Shown: positions 20,442 to 32,816, numbered from the stretch's first letter. The stretch is DNA of 57,375 bases from Burkholderiales bacterium (GCA_049698095.1 JBAVXA010000210.1:1-57375), one strand, 5' to 3'. Made by a program: numbers and translations. The notes: generated from the sequence alone by a model not told the origin.

Positions 20442-22751
20442 ATGGCATCACGTACGCAAAACAAACCCGTAATACGCCCATTGGCCCTCGCCATCATGGC
20501 ACTCGCATCTGCGCAAGCTTTTGCGCAAGAAGCAAAGAAAGATGACTCGCCGATGAGTCTCGATGCAGTTGTGGTAACCGGTCAAACGCAAGGCATTTCG
20601 AAAATGAAATCCAGCGTTTCCATCAGCACCATGGATGACGAGCAAATTGCACGCAGCGGCGCAACCAATACGGCGGAGTTACTGCGTTCCATCCCCGGCA
20701 TTCGTTCTGAGTCGTCCGGCGGTGACAGCAATGCCAACGTAACGGCCCGCGGCGCGCCGATTTCTGCAGGCGGATCGCGTTATGTGCAATTTCAGGAAGA
20801 CGGCTTGCCGACCCTGCTGTTCGGGGACATTGCATTTGCGACGCCCGATACATTCGTGCGTACCGACTACAACGTTGACCGGCTCGAAGTTATCCGCGGC
20901 GGTTCTGCTTCCACCCTGGCAACCAACTCGCCCGGCGGCATCATCAACTTCATCAGCAAGACCGGCAAGGAATCGACCGGCGGAAATCTGGGCTACACCA
21001 TAGGCGGCGCGCGTTATAACCGCCTCGACTTTGATTACAGCGCCAAGGACAACGACAAGACCTACACCCACATCGGCGGCTTTTACCGCCTCGGCGAAGG
21101 CGGCCCGCGCGATTCCGGCGTCAACGTCGAAAAGGGCGGACAGCTTAAGGCAGCTATCACGCGCGAATTCGATAAGGGTTACGTGCGCGTTAACTTCAAG
21201 TTCCTCAATGACAACACGCCCAGCTACCTTCCCGTGCCGGTTAAATTCTCTAACGGCAGCATTTCCGAATTGCCCGGTATCGACCCACGTACGGCAACTT
21301 TCTACTCGCCCTACCTGATGACCGACCACACCTTGACGCGTGACAACGGCATGGTGTCGACCAACCTGAATGATGGCTTCCTGGCGAAAACCACAGCGTT
21401 TGGCGTTGAAGCGAAGTTCAATTTGCCCGGCGATATCGTACTGGATGAAAAATTCCGTATGGCGGCAAATTCCGGCCGCTTTGTTGCAATATTCCCCGGA
21501 AGCGATGTTGCTGCTGCTCCGGCCGGAACGACCTACGTCACAGGTCCGCGCGCAGGCCAAGCCTTCACCGGCAATGCCTTTTCTGCTGTGGTTTTCAACA
21601 CCTCGCTCGACGATTTCGGCCTGACCGTCAACGATGTAAAACTGACCAAGAACTTTAATACCGCTGACAGCAAGATCAGTTTAACAGGCGGTATGTTCAC
21701 GGCGTTGCAAAAGCTCGACGTAACATGGAACTTCAACCAATATCTGCTCGAAGCGGTTGGCCAGCGCGCCGCTGTACTGAGCGATGCGAATAACGGCAAG
21801 GTTGCTTTCGGCGGATGCTGTTCCAACACCAGCGTTTCCGATTACAAGGCCATTTCTCCGTACTTGCAGATCGGCACCGAAATGGGCGCATTTAACGGTG
21901 ATGTCAGCGTACGGCGCGACCGCATGGCCGCAACCGGGACCTATAATCAGCTGCTGTTTGCCCCGGCCGGTTCTACAACTTACGACCAGACCAAAGAGCG
22001 CGTCATCGACTGGAACGCCAACCGGACTTCATTCTCGCTTGGCGGAAACTATCGTGTGACAAAAGACACATCGCTATTCGCGCGTTACAGCGATGGCGCG
22101 TCATTCATGGCAGACCGCATCACGTTCTTCAATGATCCTAAACTTGTAAACGGTCAGTCGCCGGTGCCGATTAACATTATCAAACAGGCTGAAGGCGGCG
22201 TGAAATGGCGCAGCGGTGGCTTGAGCACCTTTGTTACGCTGTTCAACGCCAAGACTGACGAACAGAACGTCGACCTGACTTCGGCGACCCCGGTGCTCAA
22301 GGCGAACAAGTACGATTCCAAAGGTGTTGAAGTAGAAGCGGCGTACTACACCGGCGGATTCCGTCTGGGCGGCGGTGTGACCTACACCAAAGCCAAAGTT
22401 ACGGAATCTAGCGATGCTGCGCGTGTCGGCAAGGCGCCAAAGCGTCAGGCCGATTTCGTGTATCAGCTTACACCGTCGTATAACTTCGGCAATCTGAATG
22501 TCGGCCTCAGCATACTCGGGACCACCGACTCGCAAGACGATAGCCCAGCCGGTCCATTGACTGTCAAGTTGCCTGGCTATACTGTCCTGAATGCATTCGC
22601 CAATTATGAATTCGCACAGGGATTGATGGCGTCGGTCGGTATCAACAATCTGACCGACCAGATCGGCTACACAGAGAGCAATGACGGTCGTCAGGCCGCT
22701 CGCTCAATCAACGGCCGCTCGGTTCGCGCTACTCTGAAATACTCGTTCTAA
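20442..22751 (+). CDS. TonB-dependent receptor (SuxA-like position in the sucrose locus)
   Basis: RBS AGGAGA then ATG. Signal peptide ends AFAQE. Plug (LDAVVVTG...NTAELLRSIPG) and barrel ending RATLKYSF. Confidence 0.9.
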   Translation: MASRTQNKPVIRPLALAIMALASAQAFAQEAKKDDSPMSLDAVVVTGQTQGISKMKSSVSISTMDDEQIARSGATNTAELLRSIPGIRSESSGGDSNANVTARGAPISAGGSRYVQFQEDGLPTLLFGDIAFATPDTFVRTDYNVDRLEVIRGGSASTLATNSPGGIINFISKTGKESTGGNLGYTIGGARYNRLDFDYSAKDNDKTYTHIGGFYRLGEGGPRDSGVNVEKGGQLKAAITREFDKGYVRVNFKFLNDNTPSYLPVPVKFSNGSISELPGIDPRTATFYSPYLMTDHTLTRDNGMVSTNLNDGFLAKTTAFGVEAKFNLPGDIVLDEKFRMAANSGRFVAIFPGSDVAAAPAGTTYVTGPRAGQAFTGNAFSAVVFNTSLDDFGLTVNDVKLTKNFNTADSKISLTGGMFTALQKLDVTWNFNQYLLEAVGQRAAVLSDANNGKVAFGGCCSNTSVSDYKAISPYLQIGTEMGAFNGDVSVRRDRMAATGTYNQLLFAPAGSTTYDQTKERVIDWNANRTSFSLGGNYRVTKDTSLFARYSDGASFMADRITFFNDPKLVNGQSPVPINIIKQAEGGVKWRSGGLSTFVTLFNAKTDEQNVDLTSATPVLKANKYDSKGVEVEAAYYTGGFRLGGGVTYTKAKVTESSDAARVGKAPKRQADFVYQLTPSYNFGNLNVGLSILGTTDSQDDSPAGPLTVKLPGYTVLNAFANYEFAQGLMASVGINNLTDQIGYTESNDGRQAARSINGRSVRATLKYSF

Positions 22752-22761
22752 TGCAACCTCC

Positions 22762-22810
22762 TCACCGCATGTCGTCCCCCACAGGGGGGATGAGATGCGG
22801 TGATTTTTTT
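22762..22810 (+). terminator. Rho-independent terminator after the receptor gene
   Basis: tcaccgcat ... atgcggtga stem with inner tccccc/ggggga pairing, followed by TTTTTTT. Confidence 0.8.
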
Positions 22811-22838
22811 ATCTCTTTTCGATCATTAGAAATAATAT

Positions 22839-22862
22839 TCAATTAAATCATATAGTTATAAA
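22839..22862 (+). repeat. AT-rich junction repeat, copy G (variant)
   Basis: tcaattaaATCATatagTTAtaaa. Lies between the receptor terminator and the sucrose phosphorylase start. Confidence 0.7.
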
Positions 22863-22896
22863 TGTGTTTAATCGAATGTTCATTTGGCCGGCCATA

Positions 22897-24414
22897 ATGA
22901 AAAACCAGGTTCAACTCATTACGTATATCGACAGGCTGAGCGGCGGCGGGATCGCTGATTTGCAGAAATTATTCGATGGATCGTTAAAGGATTTATTCGG
23001 CGGCGTGCACCTGTTGCCGTTTTATTATCCGATTGACGGCGCCGACGCGGGCTTCGATCCGATCGACCATACGCAGGTGGATAATCAGCTCGGCAGTTGG
23101 AGCGACGTGAAAGCGCTGGGCAATCGCGTCGACGTAATGGCGGATGTCATTGTCAACCATATGTCAGCCGACTCACCGCAGTTCAAGGATTATCTGGAGA
23201 AGGGCGCGCAATCGAAGTACGCAGAATTGTTTCTCACTGCCGATGTCGTGTTTCCCAACGGCGTGACTGAAAAAGATTTACAAACTATCTATCGCCCGCG
23301 CCCCGGCAGGCCGTTTACCGAGATCAGTCTCAAATCCGGCGAGAAGAAACATTTATGGACCACCTTCACCTCGCACCAGATCGACATCAACGTTGAAAAT
23401 CCGCAGGGCCGCGCCTATCTGGAAAATATTCTGCAGATATTCAGCGCAAACGGCGTGCGCATGATCCGTCTGGATGCGGCGGGTTATGCCATCAAGCGGG
23501 CAGGGAAAAGTTGCTTCATGATGCCGGAGACGTTTGCTTTTATCGATGAATTCACCCGGCTCGCCAAGAAAAACGATCTTGAAGTGCTGGTGGAAATCCA
23601 TTCTTACTACCGCACGCAGATTGAAATCGCCAAAAAAGTCGACTGGGTTTATGACTTTGCTCTGCCGCCACTGGTGTTGCACGCGTTCATTTTCCACACC
23701 GCGCGTGCGCTCAAGGAGTGGATCGCGATTCGACCCGACAACGCACTTACCGTGCTCGACACCCATGACGGTATCGGCATCATCGATATCGGCGCCGATG
23801 CGACCGACCGAACCGCGCGACCCGGATTGGTCCCCCCGGGAGAGCTGACGCAGCTTGTTGACCGTATCCACGAAAACAGCCATGGACAAAGTCGCGAGGC
23901 GACCGGTAACGCCGCGAATAATCTGGATTTGTACCAGGTCAATTGCACCTACTACGACGCGTTGGGCCGCAATGACCGCGCCTATCTGCTGGCGCGGGCA
24001 ATCCAGTTTTTCATGCCTGGCATTCCGCAGGTTTATTATGTTGGTTTGCTGGCGGGCGAAAACGATATGGACCTGCTCGAGCGCACGGGCGTCGGGCGCG
24101 ACATCAACCGGCATTATTATTCCCTTGAGCAACTGGCGGCAGACTTGCAGAAACCAGTCGTGCGCGATTTGCTCAATCTGATACGCTTGCGCAATACCCA
24201 TGCGGCATTTTCCGGAACGTTCGCACTGTTGCCGTCAGCTACACAGGTTCTGGACATGCAGTGGACCAACGGTCAGCATACGGCGCGACTCGAAGTGAAT
24301 TTCGCTGACCTGTCTTACGCGCTGACATGCTCGGGCGCACTACGGGAGTGGCGATTTCAGTCGGATGAACGCCCCATAACGGCAGCAATAGCGCCGCCCG
24401 ATAAATCAAAGTAA
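22897..24414 (+). CDS. Sucrose phosphorylase family glycoside hydrolase (GH13_18)
   Basis: N-terminus MKNQVQLITYIDRL. Catalytic signatures RLDAAGY, EIHS and DTHDGIG. The exact acceptor specificity (sucrose versus related glucosides) cannot be read from the sequence. Confidence 0.85.
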   Translation: MKNQVQLITYIDRLSGGGIADLQKLFDGSLKDLFGGVHLLPFYYPIDGADAGFDPIDHTQVDNQLGSWSDVKALGNRVDVMADVIVNHMSADSPQFKDYLEKGAQSKYAELFLTADVVFPNGVTEKDLQTIYRPRPGRPFTEISLKSGEKKHLWTTFTSHQIDINVENPQGRAYLENILQIFSANGVRMIRLDAAGYAIKRAGKSCFMMPETFAFIDEFTRLAKKNDLEVLVEIHSYYRTQIEIAKKVDWVYDFALPPLVLHAFIFHTARALKEWIAIRPDNALTVLDTHDGIGIIDIGADATDRTARPGLVPPGELTQLVDRIHENSHGQSREATGNAANNLDLYQVNCTYYDALGRNDRAYLLARAIQFFMPGIPQVYYVGLLAGENDMDLLERTGVGRDINRHYYSLEQLAADLQKPVVRDLLNLIRLRNTHAAFSGTFALLPSATQVLDMQWTNGQHTARLEVNFADLSYALTCSGALREWRFQSDERPITAAIAPPDKSK

Positions 24415-24430
24415 ATTTGCAGGAGCCAAT

Positions 24431-25747
24431 ATGAAACCGCTGTTAACCTTCTGGCAAATTCTTTGTATGAATTTCGGCTTTTTCGGGATTCAATACAGCT
24501 TCGGCCTGCAGCAAAGCAATATGAGCCCAATCTACAAATACCTCGGTGCCGACGAAGGTAACCTGCCGTATCTCTGGCTCGCTGGGCCGATGACCGGACT
24601 CATCATTCAACCGATTATCGGTGCGATGAGTGACCGGACCGTGACCCGCTGGGGCCGTCGCACGCCGTATTTCCTGATCGGCGCGATAGTATGTAGCCTG
24701 GCACTGCTCGCCATGCCCTACAGTCCAACTTTATGGATGGCAGCCAGCATCCTGTGGATACTTGATGCCGCCAACAACATCACGATGGAGCCTTACCGCG
24801 CTTTTGTCAGCGACAAGCTCGACGAGAAACAGCATTCGCTCGGCTTTCTTACGCAGAGCGCGTTCACCGGCCTCGCGCAAACCCTGGCTTATCTTACGCC
24901 GACGTTGCTGGTGCTGATCGGCATGAATAAAGACGCCGTAAACGAGCACAACATTCCCGGCATCACCATGGTTGCTTTTTTCATAGGCGCGTTCTTCTCC
25001 ATCACCTCGATTCTGGTGACCCTGAAGACTACCAAGGAAAACCCGCTGACGGCCGGCGAAATCGCGCAAATGCGGAAAAAACCGCTCGGTATCGCGCAAA
25101 CCTTCGGCGACATCATCGAGGCGATTCGCGAGATGCCGATCACCATGCGGCAACTGGCTTTGATGAAACTGTTTCAGTGGTACGGCATGCTGTGCTACTG
25201 GGTCTATATCGTGCCTTCGCTGGCGAAAACCATGTTCAATACCAGCGATGCAACCACGGAAGGATTTCGCGATGCCGGGTTACTCAATGGGCAGATCGGC
25301 GCGTTTTATAATTTCGTCGCCTTTGCCGGCGCGTTTGCCCTGATTCCCTATGCCAGAAGATTCGGTCCGAAAATAACCCATGCCGTTTGCCTGACGCTGG
25401 CTGGCATCGGCATGATTTGCATCCCGCTGATCCACACCAAGTGGCTGTTATTCATTCCGATGATCGGCGTCGGCCTCGCATGGGCGAGCATCATGGGCAA
25501 CCCCTACATCATGCTGGCCGGTTCAATTCCGAAAGAACGGACGGGCGTTTACATGGGAATTTTCAACATGTTCATCGTGATTCCGATGATCATCCAGATT
25601 TTTACCCTGCCGCTTTACTACAATTCGTTGCTCGGCAGCAACCCGGAAAACGTCATACGTCTGGCCGGCGCGTTGCTGATTTGCGCAGCCGTTGCCGTCA
25701 TGTTTGTCCGCGTCGTCAAACCGAAAATGGAAATTGCCGCGGCCTGA
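24431..25747 (+). CDS. MFS/GPH-type sugar:cation symporter (sucrose-transporter-like)
   Basis: 438 aa, about 12 TM segments. Motif GAMSDRTVTRWGRRTPY is typical of the sucrose/SLC45-like branch. Confidence 0.8.
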   Translation: MKPLLTFWQILCMNFGFFGIQYSFGLQQSNMSPIYKYLGADEGNLPYLWLAGPMTGLIIQPIIGAMSDRTVTRWGRRTPYFLIGAIVCSLALLAMPYSPTLWMAASILWILDAANNITMEPYRAFVSDKLDEKQHSLGFLTQSAFTGLAQTLAYLTPTLLVLIGMNKDAVNEHNIPGITMVAFFIGAFFSITSILVTLKTTKENPLTAGEIAQMRKKPLGIAQTFGDIIEAIREMPITMRQLALMKLFQWYGMLCYWVYIVPSLAKTMFNTSDATTEGFRDAGLLNGQIGAFYNFVAFAGAFALIPYARRFGPKITHAVCLTLAGIGMICIPLIHTKWLLFIPMIGVGLAWASIMGNPYIMLAGSIPKERTGVYMGIFNMFIVIPMIIQIFTLPLYYNSLLGSNPENVIRLAGALLICAAVAVMFVRVVKPKMEIAAA

Positions 25748-25770
25748 TTCCGCGTAAATCCACTCGCGAC

Positions 25771-25805
25771 AATCGGCCAGCTTTGTGCTGGCCGATTTGT
25801 TTATA
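25771..25805 (+). terminator. Rho-independent terminator after the transporter gene
   Basis: Stem aatcggccagc / gctggccgatt, loop tttgt, then TGTTTAT. Confidence 0.7.
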
Positions 25806-25839
25806 ATGCATGGTTGCAGCCGCAGTCTGCGTATAATAT

Positions 25840-25863
25840 TAAATATTATCAATGACTTATAAT
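25840..25863 (+). repeat. AT-rich junction repeat, copy H
   Basis: taaatattATCAAtgacTTAtaat; exact IHF-type core. Contains the glk ATG at 25852. Confidence 0.75.
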
Positions 25864-26814
25864 AATTCATATCGATTGGTGGCAGACATTGGCGGCACTA
25901 ACGCGCGCTTCGCGCTGGCCGCGCGCGGCGACAATCAACTTGCCCAAATCCGATCCGTCCGAACGCAGGACCATCCTACATTCGTCGAAGCGGTGCGCAC
26001 CTATTTGCAATCCGCCGGCGCAGAAAAAATCCATGATGCCGCGATCGCGGTCGCCACGCCGGTATCCGGCGATCAAATCAAAATGACCAACTGTCCGTGG
26101 GAATTCTCCATCGAAGCCGCGCGTAAAGATTTGGGATTAACGCGCTTGCGTGTGCTGAACGATTTCGAAGCGCTGGCGTTGTCCGTGCCATTGATTGCGA
26201 AAACCGATCTTGAAAAAATCGGCGATGGCGCGCCGCAAGAACAAGCGCCGATCGGACTGCTCGGCGCGGGTACCGGGCTCGGCGTTGCCGGATTGTTGCG
26301 CGCGGACCATCGCTGGATCGCCATTCCGGGCGAGGGCGGACACGTCTCGATGTGCGCGGCGAACGAACGCGAAGATGCAATCATTGCGTTTACGCGCCGA
26401 CAGTACGCGCATGTTTCGGCGGAACGGTTGTTGTCCGGCATGGGACTGGTCAACATTTATAACGCCGTGGCTTCCCTGTCCGGCGTCGAGCCGCAGCAGC
26501 TTGAGCCGGCATTTATTACCGGCGAGGCGTTGCGCGGCGGCGACAAATTTTGCGTAGAGGCGTTGGAAATCTTTTGCGCCATGCTCGGCTCCGTCGCGGG
26601 CAATCTTGCGCTGACGCTTGGCGCGCGCGGCGGTGTATACATCGGCGGCGGCATCGTGCCGAAGCTCGGCGATTATTTCGCGCGCTCGCCGTTTCGTGCG
26701 CGGTTTGAAAGCAAAGGCCGCTTCAGCACCTACCTTGCGCCGATTCCCACCTATGTGATTCACGCCGAGAGCCCGGCGCTGCTCGGCGCGGCATCGACGT
26801 TGGACCAGACATGA
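25852..26814 (+). CDS. glk: Glucokinase
   Basis: 320 aa with ATP-binding motif LVADIGGTNARFALA. The start codon lies inside an AT-rich repeat copy. Confidence 0.9.
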   Translation: MTYNNSYRLVADIGGTNARFALAARGDNQLAQIRSVRTQDHPTFVEAVRTYLQSAGAEKIHDAAIAVATPVSGDQIKMTNCPWEFSIEAARKDLGLTRLRVLNDFEALALSVPLIAKTDLEKIGDGAPQEQAPIGLLGAGTGLGVAGLLRADHRWIAIPGEGGHVSMCAANEREDAIIAFTRRQYAHVSAERLLSGMGLVNIYNAVASLSGVEPQQLEPAFITGEALRGGDKFCVEALEIFCAMLGSVAGNLALTLGARGGVYIGGGIVPKLGDYFARSPFRARFESKGRFSTYLAPIPTYVIHAESPALLGAASTLDQT

Positions 26815-27752
26815 TTGCCGCGCTGGGCGAAGCACTGGTCGATCTGATTCAACAGCCGGACGGAAACTTCAAAGCCTGTCTCGGCGGATCGGTATTCAAT
26901 TTCTGTATCGGCGCGGCGCGGCAAGGGCTGGCTACCGCGTATCTCAACCCATTGTCGCAGGATCGTTTCGGCCGCCAATTCGACGCCAGCCTGCACGAGA
27001 ACGGCGTGGATCTGAAAGCAGGTTTTACCAGCCGCCTGCCGACTGCGCTGGCGATTGTCAGCCTGGATGTCGAGGGAAAGGCAAGTTATGCGTTTCATCA
27101 TGGACCGGTTGCGAATCGTGAGATCGACGCGCAAAAAATCATTGCTTCCCTGCCGCAGCCGTTGGCGCTGCTGCATACCGGCGGGCTGGCGCTGATACCG
27201 GAAGATATCGATACCGTGATCACGGTGATGCAACATGCGGCGAAGCGCGGCGCCGTGTTGTCGGTTGACGCCAATTTGCGGCCGATTGCTGCCAGCGATC
27301 TCGGCGCCTACCGGCTCGGCGTGATGCGCGCGGTGCGTCAGGCGCACATCGTCAAGGTGAGCGACGAAGATTTGCTGCACCTGGGGTATGGGTCTGACGA
27401 CGCAGTTGCGTCGGCGAGGAAATTGTTTGAATCGTCGGAGGTGCGGTTGATTGCATTGACATTGGGTGCCGCGGGTGGCGCACTGCTGACGCGCTCGGAC
27501 ATGGCGCAAATGCCCACGCCAAAGAATCTGGCGGTAAAAGATACCGTGGGAGCCGGCGATTGTTTTCACGCAGGCCTGATTGCTTACCTTGCGCACGACG
27601 ATAAACTGAGTCAGGACGCGATCAAAAAACTCGATAATGATTTTTTACGCAATGCATTGCGACATGCGATTGCAGCCGCCAGCATCAATATCATGCGCCC
27701 CGGCTGCGACCCGGGTACGTGGGAAGAAACGGTTGCATTCGATGTCGCCTAG
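26811..27752 (+). CDS. PfkB-family carbohydrate kinase (fructokinase-like)
   Basis: ATGA overlap with glk. PfkB signature DTVGAGDCFHAGL. Confidence 0.85.
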   Translation: MIAALGEALVDLIQQPDGNFKACLGGSVFNFCIGAARQGLATAYLNPLSQDRFGRQFDASLHENGVDLKAGFTSRLPTALAIVSLDVEGKASYAFHHGPVANREIDAQKIIASLPQPLALLHTGGLALIPEDIDTVITVMQHAAKRGAVLSVDANLRPIAASDLGAYRLGVMRAVRQAHIVKVSDEDLLHLGYGSDDAVASARKLFESSEVRLIALTLGAAGGALLTRSDMAQMPTPKNLAVKDTVGAGDCFHAGLIAYLAHDDKLSQDAIKKLDNDFLRNALRHAIAAASINIMRPGCDPGTWEETVAFDVA

Positions 27753-27866
27753 GCCGCGCAGTACGCAGCGGTTGAGCGTGGCCAATCTGCGGTAAATGTA
27801 ATTTTTCAGCCGACGGCGTGCGCAAGGCATTGCCTGCGCCATCACCCTTCATCCTTCAATTCCGCC

Positions 27867-28742
27867 TCACCCTGCGCGTTTTTTCCTGTCCATGAATTGA
27901 AGAATCATCGGCGTGAAAATGAGCTGCATGGCCAATTCCATTTTACCGCCAGGTACCACCAGAATATTCGGCCGCGACATAAAGGAATCGTGGATCATGG
28001 AAATCAAATACGGGAAATCGATTCCCTTCGGATTGGCGAAACGAATGACGACAAAGCTTTCGTCCGCCGTCGGGATGTAGCGCGCGGAAAACGGATTCGA
28101 GGTGTCGACTGTCGGCACGCGCTGGAAGTTGATATGCGTGCGGGAAAATTGCGGCGTGATGTAATGGATGTAGTCGGGCATGCGGCGCAGGATGGTATCG
28201 GTCACCGCCTCGGTCGAATAGCCCCTGTCGCCCTTGTCGCGCAACAACTTTTGTATCCATTCCAGATTGATAATCGGCACCACGCCCACGAGCAGATCGG
28301 CGTGCTGGCCAACATCGACCTGCTCGGTTTTCACAGCGCCGTGCAGGCCCTCGTAAAACAGCAGGTCGGTTTTTTCAGGCAAGTCTTCCCAAGGCGTGAA
28401 TGTTCCCGGCTCCTGGCTGTACGGCGCGGCCTCCGCGGCATTGTGCAGATATTTGCGCACTTTGCCGCGGCCGGTTTCACCGTATTCGCGGAACAATGAC
28501 GCCAGCTCGGTAAACAGGTTGGCTTCCGGGCCGAAGTGGCTGAACTTGTCATTGCCCATCTTGAGTTCTTCCGCCATTTTTATTTTCATTTCCTGGCGGT
28601 TGTAGCTGTGGAATGAATCGCCTTCAACAATCCCAGCGTTTATTTTTTCCCGCCGGAAAATATGCTGGAATGTCTTGGTCACGGACGAAGTCCCTGCTCC
28701 TGACGAGCCGGTGATGGCGATGACTGGGTGTCTGACGGACAT
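27867..28742 (-). CDS. cbbP: Phosphoribulokinase
   Basis: 291 aa with P-loop ITGSSGAGTSSV. Bacterial PRK body. Last gene of the cbb operon. Confidence 0.92.
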   Translation of the reverse strand: MSVRHPVIAITGSSGAGTSSVTKTFQHIFRREKINAGIVEGDSFHSYNRQEMKIKMAEELKMGNDKFSHFGPEANLFTELASLFREYGETGRGKVRKYLHNAAEAAPYSQEPGTFTPWEDLPEKTDLLFYEGLHGAVKTEQVDVGQHADLLVGVVPIINLEWIQKLLRDKGDRGYSTEAVTDTILRRMPDYIHYITPQFSRTHINFQRVPTVDTSNPFSARYIPTADESFVVIRFANPKGIDFPYLISMIHDSFMSRPNILVVPGGKMELAMQLIFTPMILQFMDRKKRAG

Positions 28743-28752
28743 TTTTATTCCT

Positions 28753-28776
28753 GTTATAAGTATTTGAATATATTAA
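28753..28776 (-). repeat. AT-rich junction repeat, copy I
   Basis: ttaatataTTCAAatacTTAtaac (minus strand); matches copy K at 21 of 24 positions. Fills the fbp/prk junction. Confidence 0.75.
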
Positions 28777-28781
28777 ATTAA

Positions 28782-29858
28782 TTAATGCGTCATAAACAGC
28801 GAGCGGGTGTTGAATAAGGGCGAAGTGAATTCTTCGTCGCTGCCGTCATCGTGTTCGCGATGGTAACGCACAATGCGCTCGACTTCATTGCGCGAACCGA
28901 GAATGAGCGGCACGCGCTCATGAATCGCAGTCGGTTTCAATTCCATGATGCGCTGATGACCGGTCGATGCGGCGCCGCCGGCTTGCTCGACCAGCATCGC
29001 CATCGGGTTTGCTTCGTACATCAGGCGCAGGCGTCCGGCCCTGCTCGGATCCTTGGTGTCCTTGGGATACATGAATACGCCGCCGCGGATCAGGATACGA
29101 TGGACTTCAGCCACCAGCGAGGCAATCCAGCGCATGTTGAAATCAGCGCCGCGCGGCCCGCTCTTGCCGGCGAAGCATTCATGCACATAACGTTTCACCG
29201 GCACTTCCCAAAAACGTTCATTCGAGGCGTTGATCGCGAATTCGCGCGTCTCGGCCGGGATCTGCAACTGCGGGTGCGTCAACATGAATTCGCCCAACTC
29301 GCGGTCCAGCGTGAAACCGCACACGCCGGTTCCAACAGTCAACACCAGCATGGTCGACGGACCGTATATCGCGTATCCGGCCAGCACCTGTTCGGTGCCC
29401 GGCCGTAAAAAATCTTCGGCCGTCGGGCGGGTCAATCCGGACGGCGCGCGCAACACGGAAAAAATGCTGCCGACGGAAAGATTGACGTCGGTATTCGACG
29501 ACCCGTCAAGCGGGTCGAACAGCAGCAGATAGCGGCCGCGCGGATATTCATCGGGAATCTGATACGGCTCATCCAGTTCCTCCGACACCATGCCGGCTAA
29601 ATGGCCACCCCATTCGCAATGGCGCACGAACGCTTCGTTGGCCAGCACATCAAGTTTTTTTTGCGTTTCGCCTTGCACGTTTTCCACACCGGCGGTGCCG
29701 AGCACGCCGGCCAGCGCGCCCTTCGCAGCTGCCTGCGAGATGGCCTTGCACGAACGCACGATGTCGCTGACCAGCAGGCCGAAGTCGCTGCCGAGCGCGG
29801 GGTTGCCGCGCAGCTGCTCGGTGATGAATTTATTGACGTTAGTACGGCCTTGCTGCAT
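28782..29858 (-). CDS. cbbF: Fructose-1,6-/sedoheptulose-1,7-bisphosphatase, class 1
   Basis: Contains FDPLDGSSN and GVFMYP-type FBPase class 1 motifs. Located in the cbb operon. Confidence 0.92.
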   Translation of the reverse strand: MQQGRTNVNKFITEQLRGNPALGSDFGLLVSDIVRSCKAISQAAAKGALAGVLGTAGVENVQGETQKKLDVLANEAFVRHCEWGGHLAGMVSEELDEPYQIPDEYPRGRYLLLFDPLDGSSNTDVNLSVGSIFSVLRAPSGLTRPTAEDFLRPGTEQVLAGYAIYGPSTMLVLTVGTGVCGFTLDRELGEFMLTHPQLQIPAETREFAINASNERFWEVPVKRYVHECFAGKSGPRGADFNMRWIASLVAEVHRILIRGGVFMYPKDTKDPSRAGRLRLMYEANPMAMLVEQAGGAASTGHQRIMELKPTAIHERVPLILGSRNEVERIVRYHREHDDGSDEEFTSPLFNTRSLFMTH

Positions 29859-29879
29859 GACGCTCTCCCGCTGAATAGT

Positions 29880-30800
29880 CTATTTCGCCTGCTGGGCGAA
29901 AACCCGGCTGTTGCGGATGTCTTCCGCTTCCAGCGTCATCAGCGCTTCCTTGCCGACATTTTTTCCCATGCTGCTGAACAGGCGATTCGCCGCACGCAGC
30001 CGCGCGCGGTCCAGTGCGTTGCGCATCGATCGCGCATTGGCGAAGTGCGGCTGTTGCATGCGCAACACGATATATTCGCGCAAGGCGGCGGTTGCCTCGG
30101 CGCTGAGCTTGAAATGCATTTTGTCCAGCATCAGGTCGGCAATCTGCAATAACTCGTCCGCGCTGTAATCGGGAAAATCGATATGGTGCGCAATACGCGA
30201 CGACATGCCCGGATTGCTTTTGAAAAACGTGTCCATGCGGTCTTTGTAGCCGGCGACGATGACGACCAGATCATCTCGCTGGTTTTCCATCACTTGCAAC
30301 AGGATTTCTATCGCTTCCTGGCCGTAGTCGCGTTCATTTTCTGGACGATATAAATAGTACGCCTCGTCGATGAACAACACGCCGCCCATCGCTTTTTTAA
30401 GGATTTCCTTGGTCTTGGGCGCGGTGTGGCCGATGTATTGGCCGACCAGATCGTCACGCGTGACCGCGACCAGATGGCCTTTGCGCACATAGCCGAGGCG
30501 ATGCAGAATTTCCGCCATGCGCATCGCGACGGTGGTCTTGCCGGTGCCCGGGTTGCCGGTAAAGCTCATGTGCAATGACGGCGCGCCGGAGGCGAGGCCG
30601 AATTGTTCGCGCGCTTTTTCCATCAGCAAAAACGCGGCGATCTCGCGAATTCGCGTTTTCACCGGCGCCAAACCGATCAGCTCGCGGTCGAGTTCATTGA
30701 GCAATGGTTCGATGCCGGTCTGCTGATAGAGGTCGGCCAGATTCACTGACGTTGCTTTATCAGCGCCTGGATCCAACGTCTTTATCTCGGCAGAGGACAT
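29880..30800 (-). CDS. cbbX: CbbX, AAA+ red-type RuBisCO activase
   Basis: 306 aa with Walker [10 protein letters not shown] and Walker B LFIDEAY. Lies directly after cbbS. Confidence 0.92.
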   Translation of the reverse strand: MSSAEIKTLDPGADKATSVNLADLYQQTGIEPLLNELDRELIGLAPVKTRIREIAAFLLMEKAREQFGLASGAPSLHMSFTGNPGTGKTTVAMRMAEILHRLGYVRKGHLVAVTRDDLVGQYIGHTAPKTKEILKKAMGGVLFIDEAYYLYRPENERDYGQEAIEILLQVMENQRDDLVVIVAGYKDRMDTFFKSNPGMSSRIAHHIDFPDYSADELLQIADLMLDKMHFKLSAEATAALREYIVLRMQQPHFANARSMRNALDRARLRAANRLFSSMGKNVGKEALMTLEAEDIRNSRVFAQQAK

Positions 30801-30809
30801 TAAAATGTT

Positions 30810-30833
30810 CCAATATAAACAATATGTTAGTAA
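30810..30833 (+). repeat. AT-rich junction repeat, copy J
   Basis: ccaatataAACAAtatgTTAgtaa. Lies at the cbbS/cbbX junction and overlaps the cbbS stop codon. Confidence 0.6.
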
Positions 30834-31243
30834 CGGCTACCGGAAGGCTTGTCGGTAGCGTAGCTGTGAATGGTGTAGCGAATGTTTCTGCCGTTCACTT
30901 CCTGCCGCGTCACGCCAAAACCCGGCTCCTGTTTCGGACGATGCACGATGAACGACATGCGCATGGTCTCAAATCCGTGCACCGCGTCGAAGGCATTTAC
31001 TTTAATGTAATGGTTGGGGAAAGTCTCGCGGCATTCATTGACTTCCAGCATCGCGCCCGCCGCGTCTTTCAAATCGAACATCGGCAATCCCCACATTTCC
31101 CAGTAGGTGTTGCGCGGGTGCGGATCGTCCGTGTATTCGACCGAGACGGCCCAGCTTTGTTTCAATGCGTAATCGATCTGTGCCTGGATTTCCTTGTCGG
31201 TCAGTTCGGGTAAGAACGAGAATGTTCCCTGGGTTATGCGCAT
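30827..31243 (-). CDS. cbbS: RuBisCO small subunit (red-type)
   Basis: [19 protein letters not shown]..., 138 aa with the long C-terminal extension typical of form IC/ID. Confidence 0.95.
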   Translation of the reverse strand: MRITQGTFSFLPELTDKEIQAQIDYALKQSWAVSVEYTDDPHPRNTYWEMWGLPMFDLKDAAGAMLEVNECRETFPNHYIKVNAFDAVHGFETMRMSFIVHRPKQEPGFGVTRQEVNGRNIRYTIHSYATDKPSGSRY

Positions 31244-31255
31244 ACGATTCCTTTC

Positions 31256-32816
<1,561 letters not shown>

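Noticed and set aside
27820-27839. A hairpin between the convergent fructokinase and prk genes, as a possible bidirectional terminator
   Set aside because: The stem is only about 7 bp with a bulge and has no flanking T- or A-tract on either strand. This is too weak to call.
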